Part shown: positions 1-12,772 of the stretch, piece by piece
Layout of the letters: every line of letters begins with the position of its first letter
Position numbering within the stretch: the first letter of the stretch is position 1
NCBI GenBank assembly: GCA_038087875.1
Contig: JAXLNO010000036.1
Location: forward strand, 1 to 64,000
Reading direction: 5' to 3'
Source of the DNA: Malacoraja senta
Taxonomy: Eukaryota
Length of the DNA stretch: 64,000 nt
Program-made: the position numbers and the translations under genes
Notes under the pieces: model-generated
Databases searched by the model: none
What the model saw: the letters and a program-made list of their open reading frames with translations, nothing else
What the model was told of the DNA's origin: nothing

Positions 1-412
1 ATTCACAACTCTCTGGGTGAGAAAGTGTTTCCTCATCTCCGTTCTAAATGGCTTACCCCTTATTCTTAAACTGTGGCCCCTAGTTCTAGACTCCTCCAAC
101 ATCGGGAACACGTTTCCTGCCTCTAGCGTGTCCAATCCCTTAATAATCTTATACGTTTCAATAAGATCCCCTCTCATCCTTCTAAATTCCAGTGTATACA
201 AACCCAGTCGCACCATTCTTTCGACATACGACAGTCCCGCCATCCCAGGAATTAACCGTGTAAACCATAGCAAGAACGTCCTTTCTCAAAATCGGAGACG
301 AAAACTGCATACAATACTGCAGGTGTGTTCTCTCCAGGGCCCTGTCCAACTGTAGAAGGATATCTTTGCTCCTTTACTCAACTCCTGTGGTTATGAAGGC
401 CATATTGGCTTT
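1..412 (-). mobile_element. CR1 LINE ORF2 3' fragment, cut by an LTR insertion
   Basis: Reverse complement reads as CR1 ORF2 C-terminus (RTRGHSLRIRGKPFRTEMRK); paralogous to 11773-12191. Confidence 0.85.
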
Positions 413-600
413 TGTGACAATATCCATGTTTTATGCGCATAAAATTATGTACATCAGTCAGTGACCTTTAACTTGGAAATAAATCATTCTTGCTTTTGAT
501 TCCTGCACGAGTGTGTGTGGAGCCATCTTTTTCCGTCTAATATGTGCTAGTTTTACCTTCATCGTAAGCAGACACATATCGAAACATTGTGGCAGCGGTG
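413..600 (+). mobile_element. Gypsy family A 5' LTR (TG...CA, 413-586) plus tRNA-Leu-type PBS (587-600)
   Basis: TGTGACAATA...GAAACA followed by TTGTGGCAGCGGTG; consensus of four copies is TGGTGGCAGCGGTG, complementary to the 3' end of tRNA-Leu. Confidence 0.75.
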
Positions 601-1005
601 AAAGTGAAGATTTGTGGATAAAATGGATGCTATGATGATTAGCAAAAATGCTTTGAAAAGCTTTCAGGAATCAGTGTTTCAATGCTAGCTGCATGAAGTG
701 TCACGCTGTGGGGTAGTTCTGATGGAATGACACACTGTGGGGTTGTACAGCTGCTGCATGCATGAGTGGAATGATATGCAGGCCAGTGAGCACACAACGA
801 TAAGGCGCAGTGTGTAAATCAGTGCTGTTGGAGACTGCTTAAACATAGCACTCGCTGCATGGAAACAGATAAAAGAGTTTTGTTTCAATATATTTGCGAT
901 AGTAGTAGAAGATATTAGAGAATATTACGCAAATTGCGCAGTCGCGCGTTGAGCTTAAAGCTAAACGATACGTAAGCCATTAAGAGCGACGGGATACCCA
1001 GATAT

Positions 1006-1826
1006 TGAATTGAATTGAATTGAATTGAATTTCCTTTATTGTCATTCAAACAATAATTTGAACGAAATTGCGTACCTTGCAGTCATGACAGAAAAAAACA
1101 ACAAAACACACAATTAACACAATTTAACACAAGCATCCATCATCGTGAATCTCTAGGCACCTCCTCACAGTGAAGGAAGGCAAAAAGTCTTATCTCTTCC
1201 TTGCTCGTTCTCCCGCTGCGTCGAGACGATCGACATTCTCGATGTTGAAGCCCCCGCCGGAGGTTGGGTAAATCCCGCGGCCGATTCCAAGCTCCGCGAA
1301 GGGGCCAACTCAAACTCCGCGACCCGGGGCGGACGAAGCCGCCACCCTCCAGTCCAGCTGTTGCGGGAGCTGCCGAAAATCAGTCACCAAGCAGGGCCCT
1401 GCGAGCTCCCGATGTTACCGTCCACGAGACCCGCGGCCAAAGCCCGCCAAGCTCCGGAGTCGGGTCGCAGCCACAGCGCCACCACAGCCTCCGAAGTTAG
1501 CCAGCTCCTCGATGGGAAGTCCACAGGCTCTGCCACCGGAGCCCCCAAAGTCGATTCCAGTTTGAGGCCGCCAGCTCCCCGATATTAGGCCTCAGTGCAG
1601 ACGCAGACGGAGATATGACAAGGAAAAGGTCGCATCCCCGTTGAAGGAAGAGATTTAAAAAATCTTTCCCCCACTCCCCACATATACACAACTAAACATA
1701 AACTAAAACATACGTCTATTAAGACAAAATAAAACAAAAAAAGACAAAGACAGGCGACTGCAGGCGAGCCGCAGCTGCTTCCGGATGGAAGTGGCGGTGC
1801 AGACCAGTTCCTCTTTCCACGTAGCT
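1006..1826 (-). mobile_element. CpG-rich non-autonomous retroposon-like insert within the Gypsy gag start
   Basis: Minus-strand end AATGACAATAAA followed by an (ATTCA)n tail; removing it rejoins ATGYPDI to PPPNLKLK. Confidence 0.65.
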
Positions 1827-1903
1827 CCACCACCCAATCTAAAGCTCAAAGAGAAGCGGGTGGAAGAGTGGAAAATGTTTAAACAAATGTACGAAAATTA
1901 TCA
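1827..1903 (+). mobile_element. Gypsy gag N-terminal remnant
   Basis: PPPNLKLKEKRVEEWKMFKQMYENY resembles Ty3/Gypsy gag N-termini and lies downstream of the LTR and PBS. Confidence 0.6.
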
Positions 1904-1904
1904 T

Positions 1905-2217
1905 TACATGACTACTGCCCCATAGAGTATCTCCCTATCAGTACTACAACACAGCGTGTTATTACATCAGTACTACTCCACACTGTCACTCCGTCAGTAC
2001 AACCCCACAGTGTGTCAGTCCATCAGAACTACCCCACAGCGTGACACTTCATCAGTAGTATTACACAGTGTCATTTCATCAGTACTACTGCACAGTGTGT
2101 CACGCCATCAGTACCACTGCACAGTGAGTCTCTCCATCACTACGTCCACACCGTGTTTAACGCCATCAGTACTGCCCCATCGTGTGTCACTCCATCAGTA
2201 CTATCCCACAGTGTATC
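1905..2217 (+). repeat. Degenerate ~29-bp minisatellite (CCATCAGTACTACCCCACAGTGTGTCNCT)
   Basis: Tandem imperfect copies; nearly identical to 13667-13980. Confidence 0.85.
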
Positions 2218-2909
2218 AAATTGTGGAAGAGTGTAACACATGTCAAGTAGTTGGAAAGAATGCACCAACAGTACCGCTACAGCCATGGAAATGGCCGGCT
2301 AGAGTGAGGCAAAGATTAATCGTGGACTTTGCAGAGTTAGATGGACAACAATTGTTCACTGTGATTGATAGTCACTCCAAGTGGGTTGAGGTTTTTCCGA
2401 TGAACAAAACGACATCCAGCAAAACAATAGACATTTTGCGAGGATTGTTTTCGTCCTATGGATTTCCAGAGGAAATTGTGTCTGATAACGGACCTCAATT
2501 CTGTTCACAAGAGTTTTCACAATTCATGAAATGGAATGGTGTAAAACACACTAGAGTCATTCCATACCATTCCGCTTCAAATGGAGCAGGAGAACGCACA
2601 GTGCAAATTGTAAAACGTAATTTAGTCAAACAACTGCTGGATCCAAATCCAAAGAAAAGACAGTTGTCTCTGTCTCACAAACTGGCTAACTTTCTGATTA
2701 CATATCGAAACACACCTCACACCACTACTGGTCAAACGCCAGCTGAACTGTACTTGAAGAGAAAACCAAGAACAAGGTTTTCACTGCTGAAACCAAACTT
2801 GGCTCAAACAGTAGAAAATAAACAGGAAAAACAAAAAAGCATATCATGACAGAAGTAGATAAAGGAAAGGAGTGTTGAGTGGAATCAGAAGTTAAAGGAG
2901 AAAAACATC

Positions 2910-3500
2910 TGGCCGACCTCGGAGCTGTGGCGGGTTCTGGCGTTCCGGCGGCGGCGGCCCGACTCGGGGCTGAGGTGGTGTTACGGCGGCGGCAACCCGA
3001 CTCGGGGCTGAGGTGGTGTTACGGCGGCGGCGACCGGACTTCGGAGGTTCGGCCGCGGGCCCAGTAGACGACAACGTCGGGGGCTCGCAGGTCACAGGTT
3101 GGTGACCTGTTTTTCCAGAGCTCCCGCGGCAACAGCTTCGTCCGCTGGACTGGAGGGCGGCAGCTTCGACTACCCCGGGGCGCGGAGATTGAACCGGCCC
3201 GTTCGCGGAGCACGGTTGGGTCGCGGGACTTCCTTACCATCACCCGGTGGGGGTCACAATATCGGAGACCTGGATCGCATTCGCGCAGAGCGAGAACAAG
3301 GAGGGAAGAGACAAAGACTTAAGATTTTTGCCTTCCATCACAGTGAGGAGGTGTCTGGTGAACTCTACTGTGGTGGATGTTAAATTTGTGTTTATTGTGT
3401 GTTTTGTTATTTTATTATATGTATGACTGCAAGGCAACGAAATTTCGTTCAGACTGAAAGGTCTGAATGACAATAAAGTTTCCATGATCCATGATCCATG
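2910..3500 (+). mobile_element. CpG-rich retroposon-like insert, 5'-truncated, (CCATGAT)n tail
   Basis: Absent from the paralogous empty site AAAACATCATCACAAG at ~49377 and ~58566; ends GACAATAAA plus a microsatellite. Confidence 0.75.
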
Positions 3501-3518
3501 ATCATCACAAGTGGGTAC

Positions 3519-4400
3519 TTCTGGGACATCCGATGGCGCCCTAGCACATCCGGTCACGCTGTTACTAGCTGCCTCCGCCAACAGTCTGGTTGGCTTTTTA
3601 TTTTGTTATGTTTAGAGTGTGTTTTTTTAGTTTTTTCAGTACTTTATGTGGGGGGAAGCGGCTAGGGTAAGGGGGGAACCGTCCTTCAGTCGCTTCCTGG
3701 CGAGGATGCGGCTATTATCCGAGTCGCCTCCTCGCCACCCCCCCCCACCTCCCCTTGCGGCCTACCAACTGGGACCGGACCAGAGCTTCAGCAGCTGCGG
3801 CGCTGCGCTCGATGCATCGCGGAGCGGGCGAGGCGTTACCTGGGATCGCCGCTTGGAGCTCCGGAATGTTGGGCCGCTGCTACAGCATCGCGGAGCTGTG
3901 GGTGCGGAGCTCCTAAGGCGGGCGGAGCTGACAAACATCGCAAAGTCCTTGGACCCTTTGCAGGTGGTCGCCAGCGCGAATCTCCCCCCAGCGCGGCCTG
4001 TGGACATCGGGAGCCGCGGACTCCGGTGGAAGGTGGAAGGTGTCCGATTCAGAGGTCCAGGCCGCTGAGGATGTTCTCCCGTTCGACGTCGGGGTTCAAT
4101 CGTTCCCGGCGAGAGGGCCTGAACATCGGGCCGCCAGTGGCGGCGACTACGGGGTGGTCGGGAGGCCCCGACCACGGGTGAACATTGTGGAACATCAGCG
4201 AGGAGGTTGACTGGACACTGGTTCCTTCCCTCACAGTGGGGAACTTTGGTGTCGCTGTGGGGATGTTTGAGTTGTGGACTACTGTGTTCGGTGCTTTTGT
4301 GTTTTATTACAATTTTATTTTTTGTATTACTGTGTGCGAAAAAGAATTTCGTTGTCTCTTAATTGAAGACAATGACAATAAATTAAATCAAATCAAATCT
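3519..4400 (+). mobile_element. CpG-rich retroposon-like insert, (AAATC)n tail
   Basis: Flanked by near-duplicated AAGTGGGTAC / AAGTGGTTAC; ends GACAATAAA plus repeats; paralogs at 49400 and 58589. Confidence 0.75.
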
Positions 4401-5165
4401 AAAGTGGTTACCTGGAAGAGTAGTGAGAAAGTGCAGACCACGGACATACTTGGTCAAGATGTTTGGAAGTGGGAAGGTGAGAAAAGTACACATTGACCAT
4501 GTCATGCCTATGCAAGCACAGACAGGTTCGCAACCAGATCAATTAGACGAGTCAGATAATTTGGTTACCACTCAAGTACAGGTACCAACGGATGAACCAG
4601 AAATGGTACATGAAGGTACACAAGATAGTGAGAGTTTGAACCAGCCTGAAAATGGAGGTTCAAGTGTGGTTGACAGTCTACAAAATTGACTGATGGACTG
4701 GAATCTATGAATGTAGGTTAAAAGGAAGACTTGCCCCGATCAAAAATGAGTCCAAGAGGTTCTAAACAATCAGGAACGTTTGGTCAGAGACGATATCCAG
4801 ACACAAGGAGAAATCTGTCTGTTAGGTTTAATTTGTGAAGTTTAATTTGGGAAATGCACAGATCATTGCATATGCAACATATATGCCTCACCCCCTCATT
4901 TTATTCAGGTTATATAAAAGTAAACTAATATAAAAGATTGTAATATATTCATACCGTTTTTATTATATTCACAAATGTCAACAATGTATATTTAAAAATG
5001 TCAACAAGGCGATAACGTTTTCATTAAGTTGGGAGGAGTTATAATAGCGCCACCTTTAGTTGGAGCATTGTATATGATTGAATAAACCAAAGTGCAGCTG
5101 TGCAGTCATGTTCCGGTCACCAGTGAGTTAACTTGTTAATCTGTGTCTGAGCTCAAGATATCACA

Positions 5166-5800
5166 GATGGGAGTCAGGGGGTTTGTAGTAGATATTGGTC
5201 AGTAGTTGGTTACCTGCGATGGAGATAGTGAGGTCAAGAAACGGTGGGGAGATATTGGAAATGGTCCAGGTGAATTTGAGTGCCGGATGGAAGTTAGTGG
5301 TGAATTGGATGAAGTCAGTGAGTTCTACATGGGTGCAGGAGGCAGCACCGTTGCAGTCGTCGATGTAGCGGAGGTAGAGTTCGGGAATAGGGCCACGGTA
5401 TCGCCTCGAACAAGGATATGGGCCCAGGCGCGAGCCAATAGCTACGCCTTGGGTTTGAAGGAAATGGGAGGAATCAAAGGAAAAGTTGTTGAGGGTAAGG
5501 ACCAGCTCCGCTAGGCGGAGGATTATCAGTAGACGTGGATTTGTTGGTTCTGTGGTCGAGGAAGAAACAGAGGGCTTTAAGACCCTCCTGGTCGGGGATG
5601 GAGGTGTAGAGTGACTGGACATCCACGGTGAATATGAGGGAATGGGGGCCTGGAAAACGGAAGCCATGAAGGGGACGAAAAGTGTGTGAGGTGTCTGGGA
5701 CATAGGTAGGGAGAGATTTGACCAGGGAGATAGGATGAAGTCGATGTATATGGAAATAAGTTTGGTGGTACAAGGCTCGAGGTATGTGGGAATTAAGGAT
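5166..5800 (-). mobile_element. Penelope-like element reverse transcriptase fragment
   Basis: FTVDVQSLYTSIP, LTLNNFSF, QTQGVAIGS, YLRYIDD, NFHPALKFT, PFLDL, YYKP.DSH. Confidence 0.9.
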
Positions 5801-6402
5801 AAATTAGATAGTTCGAAGGCATATTACTCTGCTGATCAAGAGCTAGTAAATGGGATTTAGTAATTGGATACTATCGACATAGACCGTTGTTGGGCCTGCT
5901 TCTCTGCTCTGTGACTCTGTGACACACGACCCAGTCTTGCACAATTCTCCACATGTGGTATCACCGTCAGTAGTTATGGCAGGGGTTCGCTACATTTCCC
6001 TTGAATGGGTCGAGTTATAATGAGAGGTGCGGACATTATTCCTTCGAGTGCCGGAGGATGAGGGATGATCTTATGATTATGTATAAAGTCACGAGGAAAA
6101 TAGATCTGGTAATTGCACTTTTATCCAGGTCGAGGATTAAAAACCATCTTAGATATCGATATCATCTGTTTCACATGGACAATCTTAGTCGGCATCATAC
6201 TACGAACATTCCCGCTCTGATCATAACTATCACTTTTCTTAGATGATTAGGATTGGTAAGGTTAGGCAAAGGTTTGCTAGTGTGATATGTACCGAGGAAT
6301 AGTGAAAAGCTTTGTTTTGCTTCCGGTCCACGAATAGATCGTGCATAGGTACCAACAGTTCAAACTCAGATACATCAGATAGACCAAGAGGAATGTACAG
6401 AA

Positions 6403-9400
6403 TACATAGATACATAGATACATAGAAAATAAGTGCAGGAGTAGGCCATTCGGCCCTTCGAGCCTGCACCGCCATTCAATATGATCATGGCTGATCATCC
6501 AACTCAGTATCCCGTACCTGCCTTCTCTCCATAACCCCTGATCCCTTTAGCCACAAGGCCCACATCAAACTCCCTCTTAAATATAGCCAATGAACTGGCC
6601 TCAACTACCCTCTGTGGCAGAGAGTTCCAGAGATTCACCACTCTCAGTGTGAAAACGTTTTTTCTCATCTCGGTCTTAAAGGATTTCCCCCTTATCCTTA
6701 AGCTGTGACCCCTTGTCCTGGACTTCCCCGACATCGGGAACAATCTTCCTGCATCTAGCCTGTCCAACCCCATAAGAATTTTGTAAGTTTCTATAAGATC
6801 CCCTCTCAATCTCCTAAATTCTCGCGAGTATAAGCCGGGTCTATCCAGTCTCTCTTCATATGAAAGTCCTGACATCCCAGGAATCAGACTGGTGAACCTT
6901 CTCTGCACTCCCTCTATGGCTATTTGGAGACCAAAACTGTACGCAATACTCCAGGTGTGGTCTCACCAAGACCCTGTACCACTGCAGTAGAACCTCCCTG
7001 CTCCTATACTCAAATCCTCTTGCTATGAATGCCAACATACCATTCGCTTTCTTCACTGCCTGCTGCACCTGAATGCCTACTTTCAATGACTGGTGTACCA
7101 TGACACCCAGGTCTCGCTGCATTTCCCCTTTTCCTAATCGGCCACCATTTAGATAATAGTCTGCTTTCCTGTTTTTGCCACCAAAGTGGATAACCTCACA
7201 TTTATCCACATTATACTGCATCTGCCAAACATTTTCCCACTCACCCAGCCTATCCAAGTCACCTTGCAGTCTCCTAGCATCCTCCTCACAGCTAACACTG
7301 CCCCCCAGCTTAGTGTCATCCGCAAACTTGGAGATGTTGCCTTCAATTCCCTCATCCAGTTCATTAATATAAATTGTAAATAGCTGGGGTCCCAGCACTG
7401 AGCCTTGCGGTACCCCACTAGTCACTGCCTGCCATTGTGAAAAGGGCCCGTTTACTCCTACTCTTTTCTTCCTGTTTGCCAGCCAGTTCTCTATCCACAT
7501 CAATACTGAACCCCCAATACCGTGTGCTTTAAGTTTGTATATTAATCTCTTATGTGGGACCTTGTCGAAAGCCTTCTGAAAGGCCAGATACAACACATCC
7601 ACTGGTTCTCCCCTATCCACTCTACTAGTTACATCCTCGAAAATTCTATAAGATTCGTCAGACATGATTTACCTTCCGTAAATCCATGCTGACTTTGTCC
7701 AATGATTTCACAACTTTCCAAATGTGCTGCTATCCCATCTTTAATAACTGACTCTAGCAGTTTCCCCACTACCGATGTTAGACTAACTGGTCTGTAATTC
7801 CCCGTTTTCTCTCTCCCTGCCTTCTTAAAAAGTGGGGTTACGTTTGCTGCCCTCCAATCCTCAGGAACTACTCCAGAATTTAAAGAGTTTTGAAAAATTA
7901 TCACTAATGCATCCACTATTTCTGGAGCTACTTCCTTAAGTACTCTGGGATGCAGCCTATCTGGCCCTGGTGATTGATCAGCCTTTAATCCATTCAATTT
8001 ACCCAACACCTCTTCCATACTTACCTGGATTTCATTCAGTTCCTCCATCTCCTTTGACCCGCGGTCCCCTGCTATTTCCGGCAGATTATTTATGTCTTCC
8101 TTAGTGAAGACGGAACCAAAGTAGTTATTCAATTGGTCCGACATATCCTTGTTCCCTATGATCAATTCACCTGTTTCTGACTGCAAGGGACCTACATTTG
8201 TTTTAACTAATCTCTTTTTCTTCACATATCTATAAAAACGTTTGCAGTCAGTTTTTATGTTCCCTGCCAGTTTTCTTTCATAATCTATTTCCCCTTTCCT
8301 AATTAAGCCCGTTGTCCTCCTCTGCTGGTCTCTGAATTTCTCCCAGTCCTCTGGTATGCTGCTTTTTCTGGCTAATTTGTACGCATCATCTTTTGCTTTG
8401 ATACTATCCCTGATTTCCCTAGTTATCCACGGATGCACTACCTTCCCTGATTTATTCTTTTGCCAAACTGGGATGAACAATGTTTGTAGTTCATCCATGC
8501 AGTCTTTAAATGCCTTCCATTGCATATCCACCGTCAACCCTTTTAGAACTAATTGCCAGTCTATCTTGGCCAATTCACGTCTCATACCCTCAAAGTTACC
8601 TTTCTTTAAGTTCAGAACCATTGTTTCTGAATTAACAATGTAACTCTCCATCCTAATGAAGAACTCAACCATATTATGGTCACTCTTGCCCAAGGGGGCA
8701 CGCACAACAAGACTGCTAACTAACCCTTCCTCATTACTCAATACCCAGTCTAGAATAGCCTGCTCTCTCATTGGTTCTTCTACATGTTGGTTTAGATAAC
8801 TATCCTGCATACATTCCAAGAAATCCTTTTCCTCAGCACCCCTGCCAATTTGATTCACCCAATCTATATGTAGATTGAAGTCACCCATAATAACTGTTTT
8901 GCCTTTGTTGCACGCATATCTAATTTCCTGTTTGATGCCATCCCCAACTTCACTACTACTGTTAGGTGGCCTGTACACAACACCCACCAGCGTTTTCTGC
9001 CCCTTAGTGTTTCGCAGCTCTACCCATGTCGATTCCACATCCTCCAAGCTAATGTCCTTCCTTTCCACTGCGTTAATCTCCTCTCTAACCAGCAACGCTA
9101 CCCCACCTCCTTTTCGTTTCTCTCTATCCCTCCTGAATATTGAATATCCCTGGATGTTCAGCTCCCAGCCTTGGTCACCCTGGAGCCATGTCTCCGTGAT
9201 CCGAACTATATCATAATCATTAATAGCTATCTGCACGTTCAACTCATCCACCTTATTACGAATGCTCCTTGCATTGAGACACAAAGCCTTCAGGCTTGTT
9301 TTTACAACGCTCTTACCCCTTTTACAATTATGTTGAAAAGTGGCCCTTTTTGATTTTTGTCCTCGATTTGTCTGCCTGCCACTTTTACTTTTCACCTTGC

Positions 9401-9648
9401 TACCTATTGCTTCCGCCCGCATTTTACACCCCTCTGTTTCTCTGCTCACCCATTTAAGAACCCCACCTCCTCTTATTCTCTGTTTATTATTGTTTTCTTC
9501 TTTCCCCCCTACATGTTGGGTTTGAGTGCTTTCCTTCTCTGCCTCCTGCCTCACACACTGTCTAATAGCTTTCTCTATTTGAGTCCCTCTCCCCAACCGT
9601 TCTAGTTTAAAGTCTCCCCAGTAGCCTTTGCAAATCTCCACGCCAGGA
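6403..9648 (-). mobile_element. CR1 LINE, near-complete ORF2 (APE endonuclease and RT), frameshifted
   Basis: ORFs 7629-9641, 6856-7665 and 6504-6908 contain NARS, ETWL, YRPP, GDFN, SDH, NYRPVSLTS, GVPQGSVLGP, FADDTKL; 8-bp tandem tail; empty site at ~43500. Confidence 0.95.
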
Positions 9649-10432
9649 GATACAGAATATTGTTCGTGATGTTATGCTCATTATTGCCTTTTATTTCTAC
9701 GAATCCCAGAATTGCCCGTGTGTTTGTAAGGATGAACATCATTTGAACAACATTTGCTCAGCCCACATTGCATAATTGAGACCGCCGTGGAACTGGTCAT
9801 GTGCAGTTGGTGAATTCGAGCTGTAAAAACGCAATGTTAGTACAATGTGCAAAACGTATCATTTGAGCGTGCCGAGGTCCACAGCTGGAACGATGTATGA
9901 TGCGTTGCTTCTGTGAGCCATGAGACATCCCGCTGGGTTCGTGGTGTTGGGAACAATTAAGATGGGAAGGGCATTAGGTTTTAGCCACGTTTATTATCAC
10001 ATGTATCAAGGTACAGTCTGAAACTTGGTTGTACATGCTGTCCAAACTGATCAGATATAACATATACAGATTCAATCAGTTCAAACACGGGGACACAGAG
10101 TGGTGAGTCTTTGTATAAACACAGCGGTGGTCAGCGTGTGGATTCGCACAGGGGTTCGTGGGTATATAGAACGAGTTGCCAGAGGAGATAGTTGGGGTGA
10201 AAACTATCACAACATTTAAAGACATTTGGACAGGTAGGTGTATAGGAAAGGTTGACAATTATCAGGGACAAACATAGTAGGTGGGACTAGTGTAGATGGC
10301 GCACTTTGGTCGGTGGGAGCAGCAAGCTGGACCGATGGTCTATGACTATGTAAATAGATGAAGCAAAGTGGACGATACAGAGTGCAGAACACAGTTTTCA
10401 CCATTGTATCGCAACATTGTTCATCAGTTTTT

Positions 10433-10600
10433 CAGACAACACCCATTGGTTTAGAGGCTGTTGTGAGACAACGCCCAATGCCACAATGGGTTAGAAGTTG
10501 TTGTGAGACAAAGCCCAATGCCACAATGGGTTTGAGGCTGTTGTGAGACAACGCCCAATGCCACAATGGGTTAGAGGCTGTTGTGAGACAACGCCCAAAC
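10433..10600 (+). repeat. 40-bp minisatellite, ~4 copies
   Basis: Unit GAGACAACGCCCAATGCCACAATGGGTTAGAGGCTGTTGT. Confidence 0.9.
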
Positions 10601-10801
10601 CCGCAATTTTCCCGTCGGAAACCAGCACCACTGCGTCACGAATGTTTTCTATGATGATGAATGAACGAAGTTAGAGGCAAATAGAGCAGAACCACAGCTC
10701 TGGAGGGACTGTTTAGGCGCCTGATAACAGAGGGTAATAAGCTATCCGTATGTCCCGTGGTGCGCAATTCAGAACTGACCTCAGACTCAATCATTTCATA
10801 C

Positions 10802-11185
10802 ATGATTACATTATTCTTCATTTCCCCATCGTAAAAAAAACCCATGTTCGCCCAGCCATATTTGTACTTGATAAATGAGCGTCACTATTTTCTGGGTAGG
10901 AGGTACAGTGTATTCAGATATGTTTGCCAGGATACATTCCATCTTATCCCAGTCACCCAATTCTTATTCTGAAACATTTATCGTAACTAGATTATCCAGC
11001 GACCCTTTGTGTATTTCGGTGTATAATCATCCTGTCAAGGCCTCTCAGAAGCTGACATTTGTTGTGTCAATAGAATCACTTGTCGTTGTTCCAAACTGCA
11101 CAGAGTAGACGGTCTGATCAACTGTTGGTCCTTTGGCGGCCATTTTTGCCGAGGGATAAATTTCGACTTCAGTCTCTGCACCGAG
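10802..11185 (-). pseudogene. Decayed exon-like module M (unknown protein)
   Basis: Acceptor GTCTTCAG, donor GTATGA; reads LGAETEVEIYPSAKMAAKGPTVDQTVYSVQFG...INVSE...LANISEYTVP with internal stops. Confidence 0.55.
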
Positions 11186-11244
11186 CTGAAGACGCGCATA
11201 GTGTTCCTTGAAGGATATAACGTCAAAGCAGAACCGTCTGCGGC

Positions 11245-11565
11245 CAATGGGAAAGGGGTAACTACAGAGAGAGTGGGACCTCTCATGGATCAAAGCGCTC
11301 ACCTCTGTGTGGAGCCACAGCAGATGGACATGATCCTCAATAAGTATCTCTCCTCTGTATTTTTCGAGGATAAAAACTGTCGGACGGAGGATCTTGGGGC
11401 AGTCAATGGAAGTGTATTGAGAGCAGTCAGTGTTACCGTCGAAGAAGTACTGATGGTACTATCATGTATCAAGGTAGACAAATCTCCAGGGCCTGATCAC
11501 ACATATCCGAGGACATTGTACGAAACTAGATTGGGAATTACGGGAGCCCTCGTTGAAATTTACGT
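11245..11565 (+). mobile_element. CR1 ORF2 internal fragment
   Basis: ERVGPLMDQ...ILNKYLSSVF...DKSPGPDHTYPRTL. Confidence 0.8.
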
Positions 11566-11569
11566 GGTC

Positions 11570-12191
11570 AACGTGCGGAAGCAGGCCATTCGGCCCTTCG
11601 AGCCGGCACCGCCATTCACTGTGATCATGGCTGATCATCCACAATCAGTACCCCGTCCCTGCCTTCTCCCTATATCCTTTGAATCTGCTATCTTTAAGAG
11701 CTCTATCTAACTCTTTCTTGGAATCATCCAGAGACTAGGCCCCCACTGCCTTCTGAGGCAAACAATTCCACAGATTCACTACTCTCTGGGTAAGAAAGTG
11801 CTTCCTCATCTCCGTTCTAAATGACTTGTCGCTTATTCTTAAACTGTGGCCCCTGGTTCTAGACTCTTCCAACATCGGGAACACGTTTCCTGCCTCTAGC
11901 GTGTCCAATCCTCGAATAATCTTATACGTTTCAATAGCATCCCCTCTCATCCTTCTAAATTACAGTGTATACAAGCCCAGTCGCTCCATTCTTTCAGCAT
12001 CTAACATTCCCGCCATCCCGGGAATTAACCGTGTAAACCATAGCAAGAACGTCCATTCTCAAAATCGGTGACCAAAACTGCATACAATACTCCACGTGTG
12101 GTCTCTCCAGGGCCCTGTCCAACTGTAGAAGGACCTATTTGCTCCTATACTCAACTCCTGTTGTTATGAAGGCCAACATGCCATTAGCTTT
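11570..12191 (-). mobile_element. CR1 3' fragment
   Basis: MRGDAIETYKIIRGLD...RTRGHSLRI...QRVVNLWN plus CR1 3'UTR. Confidence 0.9.
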
Positions 12192-12418
12192 TGTGACAAT
12201 ATCCATGTAATTTATGCATATGAGCTGTACGCATTCTCGCACATGCTCAGACTTGCGCATATAATTATGTAAATCAGTCAGTGACCTTTAACTTGGAAAT
12301 ACAATTCTTGCCTTTGATTCCTACACGAGTGTGTGTGGAGCCATCTTTCTCCGTCTAATATGTGCTAGTTTTATCTACATCATAAGCAGACGCATATCAA
12401 AACATGGTGGCATCGGTG
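12192..12418 (+). mobile_element. Gypsy family A 5' LTR plus PBS
   Basis: TG...CA (12192-12404) then TGGTGGCATCGGTG. Confidence 0.75.
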
Positions 12419-12772
12419 AAAGTGAAGATTTGTGGATAAAATGGACGCTATGATGATTAGCAAAAATGCTTTGAAAAGCTTTCAGGCATCAGTGTTTCAA
12501 TGCTCAGCGACCGACTAGCTGCATGCATGAGTGGAATAATATGCAGGCCAGTGAGCACACAACGATAAGGCGCAGTGTGTAATCAGTGCTGTGGGAGACT
12601 GCTTAAACATAGCACACGCTGCAAGGAAACAGATACAAACAAGTTTTGTTTCAATATATTTAGTATATTAGTAGAAGATATTAGAGAATATTACGCAAAT
12701 TGCGCAGTCGTGCGTTGCGCTTAAAGCTAAACGATACGTAAGCGATTAAAAGCGACGGGATACTCTGATATT

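Larger units (their letters stand above)
2218..5165 (+). mobile_element. Gypsy family B 3' part: integrase core, PPT and 3' LTR (5039-5165), interrupted by two inserts
   Basis: CNTCQ...VDFAE...IVSDNGPQF...PYHSASNGAGERTV...YRNTPH; purine tract GGGAGGAG followed by a ~127 bp LTR-like segment ending in CA. Confidence 0.9.

Noticed and set aside
587..600. tRNA-like sequence
   Set aside because: Only a 14-nt primer-binding site; no cloverleaf can be formed.
3646..4175. Arg/Pro/Gly-rich ORFs in GC-rich inserts (also 1264-1833, 12908-13596, 49484-50255, 58655-59390)
   Set aside because: Open frames are expected in GC-rich DNA, frames differ between paralogs, and no domain is recognisable.
10875..11108. 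Plus-strand ORF FWVGGTVYSDMFAR... conserved in four copies
   Set aside because: It is antisense to module M, is conserved only among recent duplicates, and the splice signals and synonymous variation favour the minus strand.
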